Positions 18,284 through 27,911 are shown, counted from the first letter of the stretch. The stretch: 64,000 nt of DNA from an uncultured Candidatus Peribacteria bacterium (GCA_964553135.1 CAZKJL010000001.1:563946-627945), one strand, 5' to 3'. Notes: a model not told the origin generated them from the sequence alone. Translations and numbers: made by a program.

Positions 18284-19150
18284 CTACATGCCCTCAAACA
18301 GCACATCGAACTGTGCGTCCGTGTTGAAGCCGCCGCTCGTGCGGGACGAGCCCCGCTGGCGCTCGATGAGCTTCAGATCGTCGATACCGGGTACATCCAC
18401 CACTTTGGTGCCGCTGATGAGGGCCTCGCGATTCTTTTGAATTGCCAGGATTTTCTCGCCGTAGACGGTGAGCAACTTGTCGAGTGTCTTGATGAGTTCT
18501 TCCAGCTGTTTGCGGTTGAGGTCGGCGGCGGCGAAGGCGGACTGTTTCTCAGTGACCGCTTTCTGCAGTTCGCCGGCGTTGGCGAAATCCTTGTCGGCGA
18601 TCGCTTTCTTGAGATCGCGATCGGCTTGGCTCTTCTCTTTGCTCAGCGTGCGCAGTTCTTCCTTCTGCTGATCCAGAGAGGCGTTGAGTTCTTTGTAACG
18701 ATCATTGGCACGCGTCGCGACGTTCGTGAGAGCTTCCGTATACGTGTCCAGAGCCACTTGGCGGTCCGTACTGCGGTTGAGGAGGTCCGACACGTCCACC
18801 TGCAGAGCATCGGCGAACGCTTGGAGCAGCTCGAAGTCCGGGTCTTGCACCTGCTGCTGTGCGGACATGACCTGCGACTGCACCCCGATGCCGAGCAAGG
18901 CACCGCCCGCAGCCGATGCCGAGGGGGTGGTGGCGAGATACTGTGAAAGATAAATGCCGAGCAACGCCGAGGACCTGGCGCCTCGGGACCTCGTCACGTT
19001 CTGCATCAAGTTGTCGATCGACATCACGGCGCTGATGGCACCCTTTGTTTTCGGCGTCGGAGCATTCGTCTCTTGCTTGCTTCCGTTGCATGCCGAAAGA
19101 ACGCAGGCGAGAGTGATGCCGATGGCTGTCAGAGTTGTCTTTTTCATCAA
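18284..19150 (-). CDS. Coiled-coil lipoprotein, possibly T4SS-associated
   Basis: Lipobox LACVLSAC after MMKKTTLTAIGIT. The rest is predicted coiled coil. Lies immediately upstream of virB4-like on the same strand. Confidence 0.55.
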   Translation of the reverse strand: MMKKTTLTAIGITLACVLSACNGSKQETNAPTPKTKGAISAVMSIDNLMQNVTRSRGARSSALLGIYLSQYLATTPSASAAGGALLGIGVQSQVMSAQQQVQDPDFELLQAFADALQVDVSDLLNRSTDRQVALDTYTEALTNVATRANDRYKELNASLDQQKEELRTLSKEKSQADRDLKKAIADKDFANAGELQKAVTEKQSAFAAADLNRKQLEELIKTLDKLLTVYGEKILAIQKNREALISGTKVVDVPGIDDLKLIERQRGSSRTSGGFNTDAQFDVLFEGM

Positions 19151-19425
19151 TATATATTATACACTATTTATCTAAATATGTAAAATAAGCGATATTTGAT
19201 CAAGTATATGTGGAAAACCAGTCACTTGTTCACAAAACATCCACACAGTTATCCACACTTTGATCATATGTTGTGCACAAAAACGGGTGTACGATCGTGC
19301 ACAAATTTTGTGTTCAAAAGAGTGTATAAACATGAAGAAAAAGAGTGATCAAGAACAAATTATTGTAACGACTGTACATGTCGCTTGGACGGTATACAGT
19401 TGCGGCGTTCTCCTGATCACTTCCT
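19146..19425. promoter_or_regulatory. AT-rich intergenic region with a DnaA-box cluster (candidate oriC or DnaA-regulated promoter)
   Basis: Perfect TTATCCACA at 19249-19257. TTTTCCACA on the minus strand at 19209-19217. TTGTGCACA at 19271-19279. Weaker boxes at 19237-19245 and 19295-19303. A strongly AT-rich tract at 19146-19208, and several GATC sites. Confidence 0.4.
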
Positions 19426-21129
19426 TTGTTCGACCTCAGAGATAAACTAGCGGCCAAGGCACAAGAGATTTTGAAGACGAAAACAGGGGAGTCGACAGTC
19501 ATCCACTTCGATGTTTCTTTCGATGAAGGTAGGGGAGACCTGACCACCTCCGTTGCGCTTCAGGTTGCCAAAAAGTGCGGTATGAAGCCCCGCGATCTTG
19601 CCGACGAGTTGGCTGCCGCACTGAAGAAGGTGAAGGGCGTGGCTTCCACGGAAGTGGCCGGTCCGGGCTTTGTGAACGTCACGCTGGAACCCAAGGAGCT
19701 TCTCGCAGGACTTTCCGTTTCGCGCAAAGCGTGTTCGCCCATGAAGAAGAGGAAGGAGCAGCCGGTCATCGTCGAATACTCGCAACCGAACATCGCCAAG
19801 CCACTCGGTATCCATCACATCATCGGAACGGTGCTGGGGCAGGCGGTGAGCAATTTCTACGAACACGAGGGTTACCCCGTTCTGCGCTGGAACTACATCG
19901 GCGATTGGGGGACGCAGTTCGGCAAATTGGCCGTCGCCAAGGAAAAGTGGGCCAAGAACAAGGATACGCTCGGCATGAAGCTCGGCGATCTTTTGGATTT
20001 GTACGTGAAGTTCCACACGGAGGTCGAAAAGGATGCGACGCTCGAGGATCAAGGCCGTGCCGCCTTCCTCAAGTTGGAGAAAGGGGATGCGGATCTCAGG
20101 AAATTCTGGGAAGACGTCGTGACCGTCACGAAAGCATCGCTCAAGGATTTGTACGACCGACTCCACGTGTCGTTCGATTTGGACCTGGGAGAAAGTTTCT
20201 ACTCGGACAAAATGGATCCGATTCTTGCCGAGGGCAAGAAGAAGAAGGTCTTCGTGGAGGGAAAAGAGGGCTCACTCATCGTGGAATTCCCGGAGGACAG
20301 CGGCATTCCTCCTTATCTCGTACAGAAAGGAGACGGAGCGACGCTCTATTCCACACGCGATATCGCCCAGATGCGTTACCGCATGGATACCTACAAGCCG
20401 CAGAGCATCCTCATTTTCACGGATATCGCCCAGAAGCTCCACTTTGAGCAGCTGGTGGAGACGTGCAAGCGTCTCGGCTGGGAATTGCCGCCGTTCGAGA
20501 ACGTTCTGTTCGGACGCATGCGTTTCGCCGACAGGTCCATGAGTACGCGAAAGGGAAACATTCTCAAGCTCGAAGACGCGTTGGACGAAGCGGTATCCCG
20601 CGCCGAAGCGCTCATCGAAGAGCGCGGCGAGAAAATTCAGACCGACGACGCCGAAGGACTCGCCGAAATGATGGGCGTGGGTTCGCTCGTGTACGGAATC
20701 CTGAGCCAGAACCGCAAGATGGACATGGTGTTCGACTGGGACAAGATGCTCTCCTTTGAGGGCAACAGCGCACCGTACGTTCAGTACACGCACGCCCGCG
20801 CGCTCTCGGTCATCAGGAAGTCGGAACATGCGGCGCCGGAGTTGCCCGCCGCCGTGGAAACGCTCACCGCCAAAGAGCGACTTTTGGTCAAGCTGTTGCT
20901 GAATTTCGGTGCCACGCTCACGGAAGCGAGGACCGAGCATTTGCCCCACAAGCTCACGAATTATTTGTACGAACTCTGCCAAGCATTCAACTCGTTTTAC
21001 AACTCCGACGACATTTTGGACGCACCGGGCGACACCCGGACTTTCCGACTCGCTCTCACCGGTCTCACCGCACAGGTACTCAAGACCGGAGCCGAGCTTC
21101 TCACCCTCCGAGTACCCGACCGCATGTAA
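19426..21129 (+). CDS. argS: Arginine--tRNA ligase
   Basis: SQPNIAKPLGIHHIIGT (HIGH region), MSTRKG (KMSK-like), and C-terminal DALR anticodon-binding domain. TTG start. Confidence 0.9.
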   Translation: MFDLRDKLAAKAQEILKTKTGESTVIHFDVSFDEGRGDLTTSVALQVAKKCGMKPRDLADELAAALKKVKGVASTEVAGPGFVNVTLEPKELLAGLSVSRKACSPMKKRKEQPVIVEYSQPNIAKPLGIHHIIGTVLGQAVSNFYEHEGYPVLRWNYIGDWGTQFGKLAVAKEKWAKNKDTLGMKLGDLLDLYVKFHTEVEKDATLEDQGRAAFLKLEKGDADLRKFWEDVVTVTKASLKDLYDRLHVSFDLDLGESFYSDKMDPILAEGKKKKVFVEGKEGSLIVEFPEDSGIPPYLVQKGDGATLYSTRDIAQMRYRMDTYKPQSILIFTDIAQKLHFEQLVETCKRLGWELPPFENVLFGRMRFADRSMSTRKGNILKLEDALDEAVSRAEALIEERGEKIQTDDAEGLAEMMGVGSLVYGILSQNRKMDMVFDWDKMLSFEGNSAPYVQYTHARALSVIRKSEHAAPELPAAVETLTAKERLLVKLLLNFGATLTEARTEHLPHKLTNYLYELCQAFNSFYNSDDILDAPGDTRTFRLALTGLTAQVLKTGAELLTLRVPDRM

Positions 21130-21151
21130 TTTCGTTTTCTTTCTCTCTCCC

Positions 21152-22579
21152 ATGTCTCGTTCTTCTCTCACCTTCTTTCTACTCATCGTTTCCTTCGGGA
21201 TTCTGTTTGCCGGCTGCGGTCAGCCCGAACCGGACAAGAGCTTCGAGGAATTCACCTTCAGTGACAGCGATCTCGCGCAGGTCCAGAAGATGGCGAATTC
21301 CTCGGCGTCCTCCACCGGTTCCACGACGACACCCGATGACGGTGACTACACGAACGGCACCTCGGTGCTGAGTGTCGGCTCCGGCACGTCGATCCTCTCG
21401 GACGGCACCTCCACGGCCGCCGTGAGTGTGACGCCGGATAAGGAGAAGCAGGCGCTGTACGACGGACTTCGCGCTTCGGCGTTCGACCAGGGGGCGAACG
21501 TGTACCGCGTCAATAACCCGTTTTTGAACGTTCGACAAGCTATGGACGTGGGTTCCACGCTCGTCGCCAAGCTCAACCAGGGTGACATCGTCACGGTGCT
21601 CGACATTCCGAATGCCGAATGGGCCAAGGTGAAGACGACTGCCGGAGTGGAGGGCTTCGTGGCATTCCGCTACATCGCCAAACTGACGACGGAACAGAAA
21701 ATGCCCGAAGACAAGAAGCAGTTCGAAGGAAAGTACTTCGTGGACTTCGACTTCCTCAACATCAGAAAAGACCCCACGACGCAGGCCGAGAAGGTGGGCG
21801 AGCTTCCGGGACAGACCGTGCTCAAGCCTCTCTCCATGAATGGTGAGTGGGCTCGCGTTAGCTTCGGTGGCAAAGAAGGATTCGTCTCCACGCAGTACCT
21901 AAAGCCCTTCCTACCCGTGTTCTTGGTTCGTCAGGAGCAGTACAAGCTTCCCATCTTGCAGTACTACGCCGATGATTCGGCAAGCCTGAGCGCTCTTCCC
22001 AAGCAGGTCGCCGCACTCAAGGCCGCCGGCAAGAAAATCGTGACGCTGAAGACCTTGTACGACACGGTTCTCTCTCAGGAAACGCGCGACGCTCGCATCA
22101 ACCCGGACACGGTGGTCATCGTCATCGGCGGAGTGTCGGGCAAGAACGTTCGTGCCGTCTCCGATGCGCTCGAGAGCGCGAGCATCGGCGCCACACTCTT
22201 CATCCAGACGAAAGACGTGGGTCTGACGGGCGTGACGGAGAAGACGATTTTGAATCTGATGGCCAATGGAAACGACCTTCAGTCCGGCGGACACACGGGT
22301 GACGATCTCCGCTCCATGACGGACTCGCAGGTGCAGCTGGAACTCGGACAGAGCAAGAAGCTCCTCCAGGACATCACGCACAAAGAGGTCTACGCGTTCA
22401 ACTATCCGAAGGGCGGCGTGAACGACCGCATCATGAAGCAGGCCGCCGAGATGGGGTACCTGTTCGGTATCAGCCAGTCACCCGATACGAACTTCACACG
22501 CACGCAATTCCTGCGCTTGCCCACGCTCATCGTGAGTTCGGGCATGTCGCCGGAAGACGTCGTGAAGCTCACGAAGTAG
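21152..22579 (+). CDS. Lipoprotein with SH3b domains and C-terminal polysaccharide deacetylase-like domain
   Basis: Lipobox LFAGC. Two SH3b-like units (LNVRQAMDVGSTLVAKLNQGDIVTVL...WAKV; LNIRKDPTTQAEKVGELPGQTVLKPL...WARV). C-terminal region with GGHTGDDLRSMT resembles NodB-type deacetylases. Confidence 0.65.
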   Translation: MSRSSLTFFLLIVSFGILFAGCGQPEPDKSFEEFTFSDSDLAQVQKMANSSASSTGSTTTPDDGDYTNGTSVLSVGSGTSILSDGTSTAAVSVTPDKEKQALYDGLRASAFDQGANVYRVNNPFLNVRQAMDVGSTLVAKLNQGDIVTVLDIPNAEWAKVKTTAGVEGFVAFRYIAKLTTEQKMPEDKKQFEGKYFVDFDFLNIRKDPTTQAEKVGELPGQTVLKPLSMNGEWARVSFGGKEGFVSTQYLKPFLPVFLVRQEQYKLPILQYYADDSASLSALPKQVAALKAAGKKIVTLKTLYDTVLSQETRDARINPDTVVIVIGGVSGKNVRAVSDALESASIGATLFIQTKDVGLTGVTEKTILNLMANGNDLQSGGHTGDDLRSMTDSQVQLELGQSKKLLQDITHKEVYAFNYPKGGVNDRIMKQAAEMGYLFGISQSPDTNFTRTQFLRLPTLIVSSGMSPEDVVKLTK

Positions 22580-22844
22580 GGGATACATCATCGAATCAGA
22601 CCTAGAGCGGGAGATGGGGGTCTTCCGCTCTTTTGAATGTATGGAAGGCAGCCCTCCGGGTTTCCTTCCATAAACCATCCTTCCGGCAAGGTGCAGCTCC
22701 AGCGATGGGGCCCGCGAGACCCATCGCTTCGCTGCGGTCCTTTAAAAAATACGCAAGCGGCAACCAGGCTTCGTTGCCTGTCTTCGCGCACTTTTACCTA
22801 TACGCAAGCGCAAAAGCGACTCTGCTACCAAGTACCTTTCAGAT

Positions 22845-23156
22845 CTATTTTTTGGTACCGCTCGGGACCGAGTATTCCTTCATGAAGTCATCGAACATGC
22901 TGCTGCTTTGGTTCTTGGTGTACTCGGCGGCCGACGATGCGGCTTGGTTGGCGATCATCTTCATCAGTTCGGCGCCGTGGTTCACGAAGTACCATGCGCT
23001 CCACAGGAGGAGAACGACGGGAATCAGTGCGATCATGCTCTTGAAGAAGCCGCCCCACATGCGAAGTTTGTCGCGTTCGTCCATCTTGCGCAGATGTTCG
23101 ATGATTTCATCGAGTTTCGCTTCCACTCCCGCGGGTGTCGGTTTGGCTGGTGACAT
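22845..23156 (-). CDS. Small membrane protein (hypothetical)
   Basis: 103 aa with one TM helix (MIALIPVVLLLWSAWYFV). Confidence 0.45.
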   Translation of the reverse strand: MSPAKPTPAGVEAKLDEIIEHLRKMDERDKLRMWGGFFKSMIALIPVVLLLWSAWYFVNHGAELMKMIANQAASSAAEYTKNQSSSMFDDFMKEYSVPSGTKK

Positions 23157-23222
23157 GGGTGAATTGTAGAAGCGAACGGCGGACGGTGGCTAGTGACAGA
23201 TGACACGGAACATCGCGCACGA

Positions 23223-24284
23223 CTAAAAGCCGCGACGCCACTTGCGGAACCTCTCGAAGGCGTAGGTAAGCCAATATTTGCCCGTCACGGGGATATCGAC
23301 GCAGTGCATGAGGTTCAATAATTCTCCGCCGAAACCGGTCTTGAAGAGGGTGACCCCGGCAAACGGATGATTCTTGGACGGCGTTCCTTCCGCACTCAGC
23401 GGTGCGATGCCCCAGAAGTTGTAGGTCTTGTCCCCGCGCTTGATGGCATCGGTAATGGCCGTCCATTGCAGCAGGTAGCTCGCCGGAACTTTGGAGTGCG
23501 CCGAGTCGCTGGCGCCGTGGTGATAGCTCGTTTCACCCATGGCGTGCATGTGCACCGACGCGGCGATGACCTTCTCTTGGTAACGCGCAATGTAGAGCGT
23601 GCATTCTTTGCGAGGAGCGAAGCGTGCCACCTGAGCACGGAAGAATGCGTTGGTGTACGGAGTGAATCCGTGACGCTTCCTGGTTTCGTCGTGGAGGGCG
23701 ATAAACAGCGGCAGGTCGCGTACCGGGTCATCGGAGGCAGTCACACTCACGCCGTCGCGCCCCGCACGTCCTATGAGGTTTCTGGTCGTTTTACGCATAT
23801 CGGTCAAAATCTGCTCTGCGGAGCGGTTTTGGAGCGGTAGGTGCCATACATGTTCGGCGAGGAGGTGGAGGGGCGAGCGGACGGTCTTAATGTTCGCTTT
23901 CGCGAGTCCGTTCATCAGCACTGCGCCATCTTTTTCTTCCAGAAACGGACTCATGCGGATGAACGTGCAGCCGTGTTCGGCGGCGATCTTTTTGAGTTCA
24001 CCGAACAGCAACGGCAACAGCTCATCGAAATCGTTCGGCGTGAGGTCGTGCGCAAAGAGCGGCCCGTAGGGAACCGAGAGATGTTTGCCGCGTCTGGCGG
24101 GAACGATGTGAGCGAAGCACACGGCGATGGTCATTCCGTTTCGCTCCACGGCAACGCGCACCGGCGGCTGGCCGATGTCGTCGTACACGTCGCCCATCGT
24201 CCAGCTCTGGAGAAACGGCCGCCACGGTTGGCGGCTCAGGAAATCGTCCCAGGCGTGCGCATCGATATCCGTTCGGATCTGCAT
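23223..24284 (-). CDS. FemAB/MurM family peptidoglycan interpeptide-bridge aminoacyltransferase
   Basis: FLQSWTMGDVY near the N-terminus, YHHGASD and YLLQW motifs, and about 350 aa length typical of the FemAB family. Confidence 0.75.
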   Translation of the reverse strand: MQIRTDIDAHAWDDFLSRQPWRPFLQSWTMGDVYDDIGQPPVRVAVERNGMTIAVCFAHIVPARRGKHLSVPYGPLFAHDLTPNDFDELLPLLFGELKKIAAEHGCTFIRMSPFLEEKDGAVLMNGLAKANIKTVRSPLHLLAEHVWHLPLQNRSAEQILTDMRKTTRNLIGRAGRDGVSVTASDDPVRDLPLFIALHDETRKRHGFTPYTNAFFRAQVARFAPRKECTLYIARYQEKVIAASVHMHAMGETSYHHGASDSAHSKVPASYLLQWTAITDAIKRGDKTYNFWGIAPLSAEGTPSKNHPFAGVTLFKTGFGGELLNLMHCVDIPVTGKYWLTYAFERFRKWRRGF

Positions 24285-24316
24285 CGGAGGGATGGTAGCG
24301 TAGATCGGCCCGCAGA

Positions 24317-25492
24317 TCAGCTTTTCTTGATGAGTTCCGTGATGCGTTTTGCAAGCCTTGCAGCCTCAAACATCGTCATCGTGGGGTGTGTGGGCAGCGA
24401 GAGGATCGAGCGTCCCACATGTTCGGCATGGGGGTCCGTGCCTCGTACGTATCCGGCATGCGCTTCGTCCACCGTATCGGGACACACCACGCATCCGGTC
24501 CATCCGTCATCGAGATGAATGTTTTCTTGTTTCAGCACGTCACGAATGTCGTCTGCCCGCGGAACGAACAGCGGAAATTTTTGGAGCGGGAGATCCGCCG
24601 AGACCGCTCGGAGCATCGGCCAACCGGCACGTTTTCCGGCGTCGAGATACAGAGCCGTGAGCGCACGACGGTGTTTATTGATGGCTCCGAGGCGCGAGAG
24701 CGAATAATTCGCCAAGTACGCACAGGCATTCGGGATACGGTGCAGCACGGGGGACATGAATCCTTTTTTCTCCTGCGACGTGAGAACGGGTGCGAAAAAT
24801 CCGACTCTGTTCATGAGCCAAATCGCGGGCTTGAGGAGGGGAGTACCGGCGAGTCTGCGCACGACCGAGTACATGCGCGGTCCGTATTCCAGAAGTTTCA
24901 TCACCTGCCACCACGACAAATGCTCCGCCGTTCGTTCCAGCTCTTGAAGCGCAGGTTTCAAGCGGTCGTTCCTGCAGATGGCGGCGCCGCCCGAGATGCC
25001 GGAGATGGCTTTGTCTCGCCCGAAACTGAGGAGCAGGACGTCGCCGAGCGCACCGATGTGCGCGGGGCCTTTGGCATCGGGAATGATGTGCGCCATGTCT
25101 TCGATGAGGAGCAGGTGATGCTCGTCACAGACGGCACGAAGCGTTTTGGTATCGGACGGAATGCCGAACGTGTGCTGACAAATGATGGCGCGCGTGCGCG
25201 GTGTGATGAGCGTCTTCACCGCATGCGGATTCATATTGAGCGTCTCGGGGTCGATATCGGCGTAGACCGGAACTCCGCCCGCTGCATGAATGGCATTCGG
25301 GACCACGACGCACGTGTACCCCTGCACGATGACTTCTTCGCCCGAGCGCAGTCCCATGGCCTTGAGTACGGCGAGCAGCGCTTCGCGTCCCGAGAAAAAA
25401 AGTGCCGGTTCGGCGTGGAATTTTTCTCGCAGCGCGTTCTTGAGTTTCTTCGGCGAATGGCCGCGCACGTACTTCCACGGCACGTACGACAT
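24317..25492 (-). CDS. DegT/DnrJ/EryC1/StrS family PLP-dependent aminotransferase
   Basis: FFSGREALLAVLKA, VIVQGYTCVVVPNAI, and SFGRDKAISG (PLP lysine context). Start at MSYVPW. Confidence 0.8.
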   Translation of the reverse strand: MSYVPWKYVRGHSPKKLKNALREKFHAEPALFFSGREALLAVLKAMGLRSGEEVIVQGYTCVVVPNAIHAAGGVPVYADIDPETLNMNPHAVKTLITPRTRAIICQHTFGIPSDTKTLRAVCDEHHLLLIEDMAHIIPDAKGPAHIGALGDVLLLSFGRDKAISGISGGAAICRNDRLKPALQELERTAEHLSWWQVMKLLEYGPRMYSVVRRLAGTPLLKPAIWLMNRVGFFAPVLTSQEKKGFMSPVLHRIPNACAYLANYSLSRLGAINKHRRALTALYLDAGKRAGWPMLRAVSADLPLQKFPLFVPRADDIRDVLKQENIHLDDGWTGCVVCPDTVDEAHAGYVRGTDPHAEHVGRSILSLPTHPTMTMFEAARLAKRITELIKKS

Positions 25493-25583
25493 GCCGAGGA
25501 CGCGGCGCAGATACGCGGCGTCGACGTGAGGGCCGTAGGTGTGGTGAATCGTAGACACGGAGTGGAAAACTGAAAGTGGAAAG

Positions 25584-27128
25584 TTACACGGTGGTGAATT
25601 TTTCGATGACCCAGCTTGGCATGCGTCCGCAGCACACGAGCAGGCTGTCTTTGGGCACGGGCTGCGCCTTATTGGCCGGAAGCGCGTGATTGCCGAACAC
25701 ATCCGTAAAGTACGGCAGGAACCGGTCTTGCACCACGAACACGTCGTCGAAGATTTCCTCGGCGCGCTTGGCCAAGTTCATGTGGATCTCCGCTTCGCGT
25801 CCGCCGAGTTCGATGATGCCATCGATGACCAAAGTCTTCGTGGCATGCGGCTGATCTTTGGCCCAGTCGATGGCGGCGCGCAGACTTTCGGGGCTGGAGT
25901 TATAGGTGTCGTCGAGCAGCGTGACGCCGTTTTTGATCTTCACTTCGAATGTGCGGTTCATGGACGTGAAGTTTTTGAGTGACTGCGAAATTTGCTCGAG
26001 AGTAAGCCCCAAAGTCGCTGCCGCAGCAACTGCCAACAGAATGCTCGTGATGCTGTGCGTGCCCGCAATCGGCACCTCGAAGCGTTGTCCTTTTGCAGTG
26101 AAGGACAAACCGCGCGGCGTTTCCTCCACATCAAGCGCTTGGTAATCGGCGATACTCGTGCCGACCGTCGTCACTTTGCATCGGCAGCGTGCGATGAGTG
26201 CATCGGCAGCATCGTTATCACGGTTCACGAAAGCGTAACCGTGCGAAGGAAGTGATGCGAAGAGTTCGCCCTTTCCTTCGGTGATGGCTTCGCGTGAACC
26301 GAACAGCGAAATGTGCTGGTCACCGATGTACGTGATGATGCCCATCTGCGGCTGCGCGATGCTGCACAGCAGTGCGATCTCGCCTTTTTTATAGGCACCC
26401 ATTTCCACGATGAGAATACGGTTCGAATCCGCCGATTCTTTTCTGAGAACGGACGCGAGCCAGCGCGCCACACCCATTTCCGTATTCACGTGCGCAGGTG
26501 TGGAATAGGCGCCACGGGATTTGAGAATATGGCTCAGGAGCTCCTTGGTGGTGGTTTTACCGACACTTCCCGTAATCCCGATGACCGTGAGATTCTTGTG
26601 TGATGAACGGAGCCTTCGTGCGTTCGCGAACGTCCTGTTCTTCAGGAACATATCGACCGGAAGGAGCACGCTCCATGAGATGAGCACGAAGACCGGCGCG
26701 AGTACGGGGACGAGGAGTGTCAGCGTTTGCACGTCGCTGCCCGCGGAAAAGTTGAGAGCAAGTGTCGCACCTCCGAGCATCACGAACGAGACGCCCGAGA
26801 TCATCAGAGCTTTGGCCGTCCACACGGGGAGCGGCTGTTTGCGCAGAACGATTTGCGCCGCGGAGAGCGAGGCCAGGACGAAAATGCATGCCAGTTCGGC
26901 GGGCATCGTGTTCCCGAGAACGTGGAACCCGCTGAACACGAAGAGAATCAGCGTGAGCGGCGGACGGATTTTGCCGAAGAGCTGATGCCACCAGCCGGTT
27001 TCATCGAGATGCGTGCGGAGCCTGTCGATGCGCCATTCTTTGAGTTGCCACAAATGGACGAACGTCAGCAGGGGAGATGCCGACGCGAGGAGCGTCAAAA
27101 TCGTGGTGGCGAGGATAAGTTGGGTCAT
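25584..27128 (-). CDS. murF: UDP-MurNAc-tripeptide--D-Ala-D-Ala ligase (MurF) with N-terminal 5-TM membrane domain
   Basis: Mur ligase P-loop GITGSVGKTTTKELL at about aa 176. The central and C-terminal Mur ligase domains follow. The first roughly 165 aa contain five hydrophobic helices instead of the usual soluble N-domain. Confidence 0.8.
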   Translation of the reverse strand: MTQLILATTILTLLASASPLLTFVHLWQLKEWRIDRLRTHLDETGWWHQLFGKIRPPLTLILFVFSGFHVLGNTMPAELACIFVLASLSAAQIVLRKQPLPVWTAKALMISGVSFVMLGGATLALNFSAGSDVQTLTLLVPVLAPVFVLISWSVLLPVDMFLKNRTFANARRLRSSHKNLTVIGITGSVGKTTTKELLSHILKSRGAYSTPAHVNTEMGVARWLASVLRKESADSNRILIVEMGAYKKGEIALLCSIAQPQMGIITYIGDQHISLFGSREAITEGKGELFASLPSHGYAFVNRDNDAADALIARCRCKVTTVGTSIADYQALDVEETPRGLSFTAKGQRFEVPIAGTHSITSILLAVAAAATLGLTLEQISQSLKNFTSMNRTFEVKIKNGVTLLDDTYNSSPESLRAAIDWAKDQPHATKTLVIDGIIELGGREAEIHMNLAKRAEEIFDDVFVVQDRFLPYFTDVFGNHALPANKAQPVPKDSLLVCCGRMPSWVIEKFTTV

Positions 27129-27856
27129 GCCAAGGACATTCTAGCGCGGATGACGGCTCCGATCTCCTCGGCTTTGTCCCTGTGAACGCCGTGGCGGATA
27201 CCGGGGTAGGTGTGCAGTACGCTGCCCTGAATCGCTTGTTTCATGATGAGTGCATCGCCGTACGGCGTCATGCCGTCATCGGTTCCCCAGAAGATGTCGG
27301 TGGGCACGGAAATGTCTTTGAGAATCGGCCTCAAGTCTTCGTGCGTCACGCGAATCATCGTTTGTCGCATGATGTCCGATGCGCGCTCGTAGTCGTGCAC
27401 GCGCACGAGTCGGTACAGCAATGTTTTGCCGAGCGGTGCGAAGTACGACATCACGGGCATTTTCATCAGAAACTTCCCCGTCTTGGCGAGTGTGAGTCCG
27501 AAGATGCGCTTGAAGTGCCGCGGATGACGAATGCCTGCAGCGGCGCATAAGTAGAGATGCTCGATCTCGAATCCGAGTGACTTACGCCGTGCGAGCTTGA
27601 GCACGATGCGTCCGCCGTGCGAATGTCCGAGGAGTGAGATCGACGCGTGGGCCGGAACGTTCTTCAGAATCCATGCCTGCGTCCAATCCGCGTAGTCATC
27701 CACGCTCCACGGCGTCTTCGGTTCGGGCTCGGCACCGAAGCCCGGAAGATCGGGCGTGAGTACCTGCATATCGGCACCGCTGAGTGCTGCGCGGAGCTCG
27801 GTAAAAGACTCTTTGGAGCCGCCCCAGCCGTGTAGGCACACGAGAATATGCGTCAT
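27125..27856 (-). CDS. Alpha/beta hydrolase fold protein
   Basis: ILVCLHGWGG, nucleophile elbow GHSHGG, and C-terminal histidine context. 4-nt overlap with murF. Confidence 0.75.
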   Translation of the reverse strand: MTHILVCLHGWGGSKESFTELRAALSGADMQVLTPDLPGFGAEPEPKTPWSVDDYADWTQAWILKNVPAHASISLLGHSHGGRIVLKLARRKSLGFEIEHLYLCAAAGIRHPRHFKRIFGLTLAKTGKFLMKMPVMSYFAPLGKTLLYRLVRVHDYERASDIMRQTMIRVTHEDLRPILKDISVPTDIFWGTDDGMTPYGDALIMKQAIQGSVLHTYPGIRHGVHRDKAEEIGAVIRARMSLA

Positions 27857-27911
27857 CTCCGGCATTCTAGCGCAGGTTGCGACCGGGCGCGCCATCCGCT
27901 TCACTGCACGC

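Noticed and set aside
19260-19445. Small ORFs (61 aa and 37 aa) inside the AT-rich gap upstream of argS.
   Set aside because: They have no ribosome-binding context or motif, and the composition reflects the AT-rich regulatory region. The region is better interpreted as non-coding (DnaA-box cluster and promoter).
22580-22640. Possible tmRNA 5' end (GGGGATACATCATCGAATCAGAC...).
   Set aside because: It lacks the conserved TTCGAC acceptor/T-like context. There is no tRNA-Ala-like 3' end (…TCCACCA) within 400 nt, and the region is too short for a tmRNA.
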